NCBI GenBank assembly: GCA_021158735.1
Contig: JAGGUC010000082.1
Coordinates: 1-13,292 of the forward strand
Direction of reading: 5' to 3'
Length of the DNA: 13,292 nucleotides
Origin: Desulfurococcales archaeon
Lineage (GTDB): Archaea > Thermoproteota > Thermoprotei_A > Sulfolobales > NBVN01
Shown here: one piece after another, positions 6,696 through 13,292 of the stretch
How positions within the stretch are numbered: the first letter of the stretch is position 1
How the letters are laid out: each line of letters begins with the position of its first letter
Notes under the pieces: generated by a model
What the model was told of the DNA's origin: nothing
The model's database searches: none
Seen by the model: the letters and a program-made list of their open reading frames with translations, nothing else
Position numbers and translations under genes: made by a program

Positions 6696-8101
6696 TTCTT
6701 AATTACCTTCGACATAGCCTGAAAAGCTAGTCTAGCTCTTAGCTCTGACCTACCCAGCTTATTAAGTGCCTCATCAACTCTTTTGGGTGATGCAATAATC
6801 ACGTACCTCCGCCTCAGCTCATCTATTTCTGAAGCCAGCATCTCCTGCCTCACCCACTGCCCGTAAATCAGCCCTCTTCCAAGGAGCTTAAATAACTCCC
6901 GCCTTAAGTCATGTGTTATCTTACCTGGTGCTTCAAAAACTAGTGGAGTGCCAGGCAATGGAAGGAAGACATGTGCATGCACCCGTGCACCCAGCCCAAT
7001 GACCCTAGCCATATGGTTTATAGTCTCTCTGCAGTCTTCGGCGGTTTCCCCCGGCAATCCAAAGATGTAGTCCACATCGACTCCGAAGCCGTACTGCCTC
7101 AACAACGCAACAGCGTTAAGTACGTCATCTGCAGAGTGGGACCTCCCGATAAGCTTCAGTACCCTATCCGACCCTGATTGAGCACCTATTATTATTCTCT
7201 TATTATCTACATTATCCCTGATCAGCTTGATCACCTCTATCTCAACAAAGTCAGGTCTGACTTCACTAGGAAACGAACCCAGGTACACTCTCCCTCCACG
7301 TTTCCTAACCTCCTGAAGAGCTGTCACGAGCTCCTCAAGCGCACTATAGTTCACGCTGGAACCCATGCTTCCATAACCAAAGCTGTTAGGGGATATGAAT
7401 CGTATGTCTCTTAGCCCCTTCTTGATTAGTTCTAGGGCATAGTAAGTTAGGCTGCCAATTCCCCTGTGTCTTGGCCTTGTACCAAACATGTAGCTTACCT
7501 GGCAGTACTTGCACGCGAACGGACATCCTCTAGTAATTTCTATAGGTCCTAGGAAGCCATACTTCAGGGAGAAAGGAGGGTATTCATTAAGGTCTATGGA
7601 GTCAGGCCTACCATTTAAGACTACTTTCTCACCATCCCAAAACGCAGTGCCATGTACCTTCAATGGATCGCCTTCACCAACTATAGCTCTTATGAACTCC
7701 GTAAATGATCTCTCAGATTCGCTTAAGAAAGCGATATCAAATCCTAGGGATATTAATGAGCCGTAAGGGTCCCCCGTAGCGTGCGGCCCTCCTACAACTG
7801 TGATAGCTCCTATTTTCCTCGCACTTTCCACTACATTTCTAATATCACCTAGCAGGAGGGGCAGTTGAGTCGACATTAAAGATACAGCTACAATCACTAA
7901 CTCGTACTTGCTCCTCAGGCTAGCATTCAACATGTTGTGGAGTTCGCGTAGACCACTAATCATAATCCTGATCTCTTCATCAATTCCCTCTTTTTCCAGC
8001 GCACCCAGTAGCGCGGCAATGCTGTACTTGTTCCACTTTGTGTATCCGAATAATAGGAGGACTTTCCTCGTACCTACCACCACTGTCGTGTTTGTCACCA
8101 A
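6692..8101 (-). CDS. Radical SAM protein with N-terminal B12-binding-like domain; function unknown
   Basis: The CxxxCxxC cluster motif ITRGCPFACKYCQ is encoded at 7502-7525 on the minus strand. It is preceded by a ~190-aa Rossmann-like N-terminal domain (KVLLLFGY...AITVVGGPHATG), as in class-B/B12-domain radical SAM enzymes. The start is uncertain: TTG 8101, GTG 8098, or in-frame GTG codons a few codons downstream. Stop TAA is the complement of 6692-6694. Confidence 0.85.
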   Translation of the reverse strand: MVTNTTVVVGTRKVLLLFGYTKWNKYSIAALLGALEKEGIDEEIRIMISGLRELHNMLNASLRSKYELVIVAVSLMSTQLPLLLGDIRNVVESARKIGAITVVGGPHATGDPYGSLISLGFDIAFLSESERSFTEFIRAIVGEGDPLKVHGTAFWDGEKVVLNGRPDSIDLNEYPPFSLKYGFLGPIEITRGCPFACKYCQVSYMFGTRPRHRGIGSLTYYALELIKKGLRDIRFISPNSFGYGSMGSSVNYSALEELVTALQEVRKRGGRVYLGSFPSEVRPDFVEIEVIKLIRDNVDNKRIIIGAQSGSDRVLKLIGRSHSADDVLNAVALLRQYGFGVDVDYIFGLPGETAEDCRETINHMARVIGLGARVHAHVFLPLPGTPLVFEAPGKITHDLRRELFKLLGRGLIYGQWVRQEMLASEIDELRRRYVIIASPKRVDEALNKLGRSELRARLAFQAMSKVIKN

Positions 8102-8173
8102 AGCCCGCCGTTCACATCATTGCCCGGCTCAGCTACGACCGCACCGTTCATCCACTTAGTAAAGTTGTTAGGT

Positions 8174-8194
8174 CTAAAATAAAAACTATTAATT
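8174..8194 (-). promoter_or_regulatory. TATA-like A/T block upstream of the radical SAM gene and its GC-rich leader
   Basis: The minus strand reads AATTAATAGTTTTTATTTTAG. With the usual archaeal TATA-to-TSS spacing of about 25-30 nt, initiation would fall near 8150-8165. That is about 50-60 nt upstream of the radical SAM start. Confidence 0.3.
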
Positions 8195-8232
8195 TCCAGC
8201 GTACTTCAGACCCTAAAGCTCACAGACACTTT

Positions 8233-8241
8233 CTTATAAAG
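8233..8241 (+). promoter_or_regulatory. TATA-like box candidate for hypC
   Basis: CTTATAAAG lies about 50 nt upstream of ATG 8290, and a transcript from it would include the SD at 8269-8279. A second box, TTTAATATAATAG (8251-8263), is an alternative. Confidence 0.25.
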
Positions 8242-8289
8242 TTATAGGATTTAATATAATAGTATTCTGGTGAGGTGGGCGTTAGTACA

Positions 8290-8523
8290 ATGTGCTTGGG
8301 TATTCCAATGAGGATCGCGCGTGTGTGGAGTGAGGGTGAGTTAAAATTAGCTGAGGTAGAAGCTGGCGGCGTAAGAACTGAAGTGGATGTAAGTTTACTT
8401 GAGGATATTAGAGTAGGCGACTACGTCATAGTCCATGCAGGCATTGCTATCAGTAAGCTCGATGAGTCTGAGGCTAGGGAACTCATTAAGTTATTTAATG
8501 AAATAGCCAGTGAACTAAGTTAG
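8290..8523 (+). CDS. hypC: [NiFe]-hydrogenase maturation chaperone HypC/HupF family
   Basis: MCLGIPMRI..., VGDYVIVHAGIAIS and DESEARE align by eye with the HypC pattern (MC[IL]G[IV]P ... VG.[WY]VLVH.GFA ... EA). The true start must be ATG 8290 so that Cys is residue 2. The ORF-track GTG 8275 is too far upstream. SD GGTGAGGTGGG lies at 8269-8279. Confidence 0.88.
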   Translation: MCLGIPMRIARVWSEGELKLAEVEAGGVRTEVDVSLLEDIRVGDYVIVHAGIAISKLDESEARELIKLFNEIASELS

Positions 8524-8533
8524 AGGGACTGGG

Positions 8534-8538
8534 TTTTT
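8534..8538 (+). terminator. Oligo-T tract downstream of hypC
   Basis: GGGTTTTTAA lies 11 nt after the hypC stop codon. Confidence 0.35.
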
Positions 8539-8594
8539 AAGAAATAAGTAACCTGAACATACCTTTAAGACTACTTGCTGTGAGGTTTAACAGA

Positions 8595-10706
8595 ATGCCC
8601 TCACTGCTTAAGCCGATCGAGAACTTTAACTTGCCTAGTGAGGTAATCAGGGTTCTAAGAAGCAGGGGCATAAGGTATTTCACCCCGCCGCAGGCTGAGG
8701 CTCTGAGGCGTGGGGTTCTAGAGTTTAAGAATATGCTGGTAACTGCTCCCACAGCTAGCGGTAAGACACTAATTGCAGAGCTAGCCCTAGCTAACGCATA
8801 TTTGAGGGGAATGAAGGTCATATACGCCACACCACTAAAGACGCTGGCTAGCGAGAAATATGAGGAGTTTAGCTTGTGGCGTGACATAGGCGTAAAAGTA
8901 GGGATATCTACAGGTGATTTTGATGAACCAGGTGAGTGGTTAGGGCGGTATGATGTAGTAGTAGCCACATACGAAAGACTTGATTCCATCTTCAGGCTTA
9001 AGCCATCGTGGCTTAAGGACGTAGGCGTCATAATCATAGATGAGTTTCACACAATAGGTGATACGGATAGGGGGCCAATAGTAGAGCTACTGGCTGTTAG
9101 GGCTTTAAGGGAGGGAAAGCAGCTAATAGGGTTAAGTGCGACGGTCGGTAACCCGGGTGAGTTAGCTGAGTGGCTTAATGCAGAGTTAGTAGTTAGCGAC
9201 TGGAGGCCTGTCAGGCTGATCGAGGGATATTACAATAAGAGAAAAAAGAAAATTTTCTTTGAGGACGGAAGAGAGGAGGAGGTCTCAGGCAGCCTTCTCG
9301 ACTACGTTGCTGTGAGGGCTTTGAGGGAGAACTACCAGGTACTTATTTTCAGGCAGTCACGAAGTAGGGCTGAAGAAACTGCTAAAAAGTTAGCGAGATT
9401 AATGCCTGAGTCACTGGGGTACTACGATCTGATAGAGAAGCTTAAGAGCCGTGGTGCCCCGAACTCGGAAGTTAGTGCTCTTGCTCCATTATTCAGAAGA
9501 GGTATTTCGTTCCACCATGCAGGGCTGTCCTTCGCTAGTCGCAGAACGATAGAAGAAGGATTTAGGGCTGGCTTTCTTAGGGTCGTAGTTGCAACCCCAA
9601 CTCTGGCGGCAGGGATCAACATGCCTGCTAGGCGGGTCATCATATTTACTAGGAGGTACGAGTCCGGATACATGAAGCCAATATCAATTGCCGAGTATAA
9701 GCAGATGGCTGGTAGGGCTGGGAGGCCGCAGTACGACCCATACGGTGAGGCCGTAGTAGCTGATGCCAGGAGTGAGGAGGAGGGGTGGAGGTACGTTAAG
9801 GGCGTTCCGGAGGATGTCAAGTCAGCCTTAGTAAATACCCGGGCAATGAGAATACATACATTGTCACTTATAGCATCAGGTTATGTGGTGAATATGAGGG
9901 AGTTAATGGAGGTAATGGAATCAACACTAGCGTTTAAGCAGCTAGCTTCACTACTTAGTGATGAAGCTATAGAGTACACTATCGATCAGCTGGTAAGTAT
10001 GGAGATGGTGAAAATTGAGAGGGAACGCCTTACAGCTACTCCATTAGGGAGTTATGTGAGCAAGCTCTACATAGACCCTCTCACAGCACTCGTAATTATT
10101 GATGACCTAAAGAAACAGCAGAGCGTACCAAACATATACTATTTAGTGCTAACAGCAATGACACCTGATTTCGAGAGAGTTAGAATTACTAAGTACAGAA
10201 CACTAGCGGAGGAAATGGAGGCAGCACTAGATAATGGCGAAATACCTGAACCTAGGTTTGGCTTAGATTACTATGACCTCCTAAGGGCGTACAAGGCTGG
10301 AAGAATACTACATGCATGGATCGAGGAAGTTGATGAAGACCAGATACTTGAGCGTTTCGGCGTAGGTGCTGGCGACTTACACAATATAGTTGAGACTGCT
10401 TCATGGCTAGTATATGCAGCATCAAGAGTGTGCCGCATCTATGGACTGAGGGAGCACTCACGTAGACTTAATGTACTCGCACACAGAGTAAAACATGGTG
10501 TTAAGGAAGACGCACTAGACCTAGTCAAGGTGAGAGGTATTGGAAGGATTAGAGCACGCATTCTGGTCATGAACAACATAAGGTCCTTGGAAGACCTGGC
10601 TGCAACAGACCCACTACGAATATCTAAATTGCCTACATTTGGAGAGACCTTAGCTAGAGAGATTGTTAAGGAAGCACGTGAGCTAGTAAGGAAAACAGCA
10701 ATTTAA
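8595..10706 (+). CDS. hel308: Hel308/Hjm (Ski2-like) DNA helicase
   Basis: SF2 motifs are present in order: Q (FTPPQAEAL), I (APTASGKT), II (DEFH), III (SAT), VI (QMAGRAGRP). A C-terminal helix-hairpin-helix region follows (VRGIGRIRARIL). I prefer ATG 8595, 8 nt after GTGAGGT at 8580-8586, over the ORF-track GTG 8580. Stop TAA 10704-10706. Confidence 0.9.
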   Translation: MPSLLKPIENFNLPSEVIRVLRSRGIRYFTPPQAEALRRGVLEFKNMLVTAPTASGKTLIAELALANAYLRGMKVIYATPLKTLASEKYEEFSLWRDIGVKVGISTGDFDEPGEWLGRYDVVVATYERLDSIFRLKPSWLKDVGVIIIDEFHTIGDTDRGPIVELLAVRALREGKQLIGLSATVGNPGELAEWLNAELVVSDWRPVRLIEGYYNKRKKKIFFEDGREEEVSGSLLDYVAVRALRENYQVLIFRQSRSRAEETAKKLARLMPESLGYYDLIEKLKSRGAPNSEVSALAPLFRRGISFHHAGLSFASRRTIEEGFRAGFLRVVVATPTLAAGINMPARRVIIFTRRYESGYMKPISIAEYKQMAGRAGRPQYDPYGEAVVADARSEEEGWRYVKGVPEDVKSALVNTRAMRIHTLSLIASGYVVNMRELMEVMESTLAFKQLASLLSDEAIEYTIDQLVSMEMVKIERERLTATPLGSYVSKLYIDPLTALVIIDDLKKQQSVPNIYYLVLTAMTPDFERVRITKYRTLAEEMEAALDNGEIPEPRFGLDYYDLLRAYKAGRILHAWIEEVDEDQILERFGVGAGDLHNIVETASWLVYAASRVCRIYGLREHSRRLNVLAHRVKHGVKEDALDLVKVRGIGRIRARILVMNNIRSLEDLAATDPLRISKLPTFGETLAREIVKEARELVRKTAI

Positions 10707-10722
10707 GAAGTGAAGTAGTAGT

Positions 10723-12375
10723 TTACTTAAATTCACTAATTAATTTACTTAAGTTCAGCTCACCTACAACCAAGGGCCACACAAGCCTATACTTGACCAG
10801 GTACTCAGGGTGTACCTCACCCAATATACCAACCTCACTGCCACTAACCACTACCTTAGCTGTCCTACCCTTAATGAATACTTCATGCTCGCCCTGCCTC
10901 AATTCATAGTTTATCCCTAGGGCGGTCAAGAGTGACTTAATGGTAACTAAGCCGTCAGTCAAGGTCACGTTATCACCATACACAGCGAAGCCCAAGTACC
11001 GCTGACTCACATAAGCTCCATCATCAGTTACTTTAACTACATCCCCGACTTCAAAGATCTTAAGCTGCTGATGGAGGTCAGCGTTCTCAATAACCGATAA
11101 AAGCAGAGACGGTATCATTGAGTTCCTTACTGCCGAGTAGGTTTTCATTTTAGGATTAGCTAGTTTTACGTAAGCCTCCGGACTGATGTCCGCAAGGAGT
11201 TCTGAATTCACTAGCATGAAATTAACCACCTCCTCAAATCCCAGACCCATCATCAAGTCCCTTATAATCGAAGAGAAGTACTCAATAGGACTCACTCCGC
11301 CAAAATGAGTGGGTGGAAGTACTTCAGCAGGCAGTCTCTCATATCCATAGACAATGGTGATATCCTCAATGAGATCGACCTCACCAATTACATCAACTCT
11401 ATATGGTGGAACCCAGACTTTTAATGTGTCAGTGTCTTCCTTCTCTATTAGATACCCCATCCTAGGAAGCATATCTCTGACTTCATTGAAGTTCAATTTG
11501 ATCCCTACTAGGCTCTCTATATTGCGTAGCTTTAGGTCAATTACTGACCCCTCAAGCTTAGGTGCTAGGTCAATTACCTCACCGTTGCGTCCTAATACCT
11601 TGGCGGACTCAATGATTGCACCTCCCCTACCTCCTCTCTCGGCTACTGACGTAGTAATTATATTCAGCACCTTAGCCATGAGTTGAGGCTCAGTACCTGT
11701 AACATCTATCAAGACGTTCTTCGTGTCTTCAGTAACTTTGTTGTCATCACAATTAATTATTGGCGGAAATGACAGAACTTCACCCTCCGAGTCCCGGAGC
11801 AGAGGGTACTTACTCTTTTTCACTAAGTGAGCATACTTTAAGCCTTTTTCGGTTTTCTTCAGTATGTCATCAAGGGCCATAGTTACTGACTCGTTTAAGG
11901 GTCTGAATTCAGCATTTCTTACTTCAACGTACCTTATAGGAGGCTTAACTTTATCTAAGTCATAGAGTCCTATTGAAACAAACTCACGGTCACCGCAGTA
12001 GGTAAGGTGTAGCTTCTCTTGCAACTGGAATAACTGCCTTATGGACTCATCGTCCAGCTCAACATTTCTGACTATAGCTATGAAAGCGTAAGGTCTGTAA
12101 TCTGGGGCATTACTTACATCTAAGTATATGTCTGAGTGGCTGACCGCATATTTCGAAGGGCTCCTAACCCCCAGAACAAACGACAACGCCCTACTGAGAC
12201 CTTCAGCAGAGAACAGATCGGGTCTATCATGTGAAGCTTCATAAATTACTGTGTCTTCACTCAGCTCCTCCACCTCAGCTTTCAGTGCAGTAAATAAGTT
12301 GCTTAATGTGCTAATACTCAATTCCTCCTTAACTAGTCTGGCAAGATCCCATAACTTTACTTCAACTACAGGCAT
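10723..12375 (-). CDS. pheT: Phenylalanine--tRNA ligase beta subunit (archaeal type)
   Basis: The product is 550 aa and starts MPVVEVKLWDL, which is typical of archaeal PheT. It sits immediately downstream of pheS with a TAATG stop/start overlap. SD GGTGAGTGAG is the complement of 12378-12387. Stop TAA is the complement of 10723-10725. Confidence 0.9.
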   Translation of the reverse strand: MPVVEVKLWDLARLVKEELSISTLSNLFTALKAEVEELSEDTVIYEASHDRPDLFSAEGLSRALSFVLGVRSPSKYAVSHSDIYLDVSNAPDYRPYAFIAIVRNVELDDESIRQLFQLQEKLHLTYCGDREFVSIGLYDLDKVKPPIRYVEVRNAEFRPLNESVTMALDDILKKTEKGLKYAHLVKKSKYPLLRDSEGEVLSFPPIINCDDNKVTEDTKNVLIDVTGTEPQLMAKVLNIITTSVAERGGRGGAIIESAKVLGRNGEVIDLAPKLEGSVIDLKLRNIESLVGIKLNFNEVRDMLPRMGYLIEKEDTDTLKVWVPPYRVDVIGEVDLIEDITIVYGYERLPAEVLPPTHFGGVSPIEYFSSIIRDLMMGLGFEEVVNFMLVNSELLADISPEAYVKLANPKMKTYSAVRNSMIPSLLLSVIENADLHQQLKIFEVGDVVKVTDDGAYVSQRYLGFAVYGDNVTLTDGLVTIKSLLTALGINYELRQGEHEVFIKGRTAKVVVSGSEVGILGEVHPEYLVKYRLVWPLVVGELNLSKLISEFK

Positions 12376-13292
12376 TACTCACTCACCATATATGGAGCCT
12401 TCATAGAACGAATTATTCTTAGATTATTAGTGTAGAGGTTCCTTATGTCGTCTACACCCAGCACTAACATAGCTATTCTATCTATCCCTATCCCCCACGC
12501 AGCTACGTTATGACCTCTTAATCCGACAGCTTCAAGCACCTCAGGTCTGAACATGCCTCCTGGGAAGACCTCGATCCACCCGAGTCTAGGGTGCTTTATG
12601 TACCCCTCAATACTTGGCTCAGTGAATGGGAAGTAGGCTGGCCTAAACATCACTTCACCCAGGTTCAACCTCTTAGCGAACTCCTTGAAGAAGCCTATTA
12701 AGTGAGTGAAGGTCACTTTTCTACCAACGATTATCCCTTCAAGCTGATGAAACTCCATCAAGTGCGTCGGGTCCGGCGTGTCAGGCCTGAAGACTCGGTC
12801 CAGTGAGAAGGCCCTGTATTCCCCAGCACCCTGGCTGTAGATCGTTCTCATAGACACACATGTTGTGTGAGTTCTAAGTATTAATCTCAGGGCTCTCAGG
12901 GGGTTCCAACCGTACTTAAGCCTTGATTCATGGATGGCCTTAACCTTACTGACTAATTCCTCCCACTCCCTCCAAGGGCCTTTAGCCTCAACTACGTATA
13001 CGTCGGTCTCCTTTCTTGATGGGTGGTACTGCGGTACAAAGAGAACGTCAAAGTTCCACAGCTCGGTTTCTACGTGGGGTCCCTTCATTTCTTTAAATCC
13101 CATGGTGGTGACGATGTACCTAACATACTCGAGGAATTGTATGTAGGGGTGCTTTCTGATCGGGACCAGCTTGGGTACGTCAATACTCAAGTCAAATTCC
13201 TTGAACTCTGCCTCTCTCCATAAGCCACTTGATATTATCTCCGGTGTCAACCTAGTAACAACTACGGACTCCCTTATCAGTCCACTAGAGTA
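12375..13292 (-). CDS. pheS: Phenylalanine--tRNA ligase alpha subunit, 5'-partial (runs off right edge)
   Basis: Class II aaRS catalytic-core motifs are present: HPSRKETD, FRPDTPDPTHLMEFHQLEG, FPFTEPS, AWGIGIDR. The minus-strand frame stays open from 13250 to 13292 (YSSGLIRESVVVTR...). The ORF-track TTG at 13250 is therefore not the start, and the N-terminal part lies outside the window. Confidence 0.9.
   Translation of the reverse strand, partial: YSSGLIRESVVVTRLTPEIISSGLWREAEFKEFDLSIDVPKLVPIRKHPYIQFLEYVRYIVTTMGFKEMKGPHVETELWNFDVLFVPQYHPSRKETDVYVVEAKGPWREWEELVSKVKAIHESRLKYGWNPLRALRLILRTHTTCVSMRTIYSQGAGEYRAFSLDRVFRPDTPDPTHLMEFHQLEGIIVGRKVTFTHLIGFFKEFAKRLNLGEVMFRPAYFPFTEPSIEGYIKHPRLGWIEVFPGGMFRPEVLEAVGLRGHNVAAWGIGIDRIAMLVLGVDDIRNLYTNNLRIIRSMKAPYMVSE

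Noticed and set aside
7908-8247. Plus-strand ORFs 7908-8159 and 8038-8247 running from the radical SAM 5' end into the intergenic gap
   Set aside because: They begin antisense to the conserved N-terminal domain of the radical SAM protein, have no SD or TATA context, and have odd composition. The intergenic part is better explained by promoter and leader elements.
8537-9037. 166-aa ORF antisense to the hel308 5' region
   Set aside because: The opposite strand carries helicase motifs Q, I and II in the correct order. The antisense product is low-complexity and Ser/Leu-rich with no start-site signals.
13-11686. Other antisense or alternate-frame ORFs from the track: 13-285, 475-828, 1084-1281, 1257-1571, 2529-2753, 2989-3258, 3808-3996, 4152-4352, 4621-5016, 5467-5673, 6478-6669, 6971-7766 (three ORFs), 9422-9820, 10252-10461, 11354-11686
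   Set aside because: Each lies fully or mostly inside a gene whose identity is fixed by strong motifs on the other strand or frame. Compositions are biased, none has an SD or TATA context, and none showed a recognisable domain.
12934-13223. Two plus-strand ORFs (70 and 66 aa) opposite pheS
   Set aside because: They sit inside the class II aaRS catalytic core, which is encoded on the minus strand. These are shadow ORFs.
13248-13250. TTG proposed by the ORF track as the pheS start
   Set aside because: The frame is open to the window edge, and archaeal PheS proteins are much longer than 291 aa. The gene is truncated by the window.
1-13292. Search for CRISPR repeats, transposase/integrase genes, long terminal inverted repeats, tRNA/rRNA genes, and defence or toxin-antitoxin modules
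   Set aside because: I could see none. There are no regularly spaced repeats, and all gaps are 188 bp or shorter. Every sizeable ORF is accounted for by a conserved metabolic or information-processing family. Repeat detection was by eye only and could miss dispersed short repeats.

Overview
This is a densely packed, roughly 96% coding window from an archaeal chromosome, most likely crenarchaeal. The lineage call rests on archaeal-type genes (archaemetzincin, a Hel308/Ski2-type helicase, two-subunit PheRS with a 550-aa beta subunit). It also rests on GGTGA-type Shine-Dalgarno motifs before operon-internal genes and A/T-rich TATA-like boxes before operon-first genes. I support 13 protein genes, listed left to right.
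- A UPF0104/flippase-like membrane protein, cut by the left edge.
- A DUF59 Fe-S assembly protein.
- MoaB, SurE and MoeA.
- Archaemetzincin.
- The alpha subunit of an NDP-forming acyl-CoA synthetase.
- A small PHP phosphoesterase.
- A radical SAM enzyme with an N-terminal B12-binding-like domain.
- An isolated HypC.
- Hel308.
- PheT, then PheS, which is cut by the right edge.
I found no rRNA, tRNA, CRISPR array, transposase, integrase, or recognisable defence or toxin-antitoxin genes. The window reads as ordinary housekeeping DNA, and I cannot support a clearly novel system here. Four observations deserve a second look, all of modest weight.
- The longest non-coding gap (8102-8289) holds a GC-rich segment with C/D-box-like motifs, a duplicated core and an 18-codon uORF, just upstream of the radical SAM gene.
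- That uncharacterised radical SAM gene is paired divergently with an orphan hypC.
- The acyl-CoA synthetase alpha gene overlaps the PHP gene by 17 nt where a beta subunit might be expected.
- surE is inserted between the molybdenum cofactor genes moaB and moeA.
All family assignments come from motif recognition by eye. No searches or computations were run.
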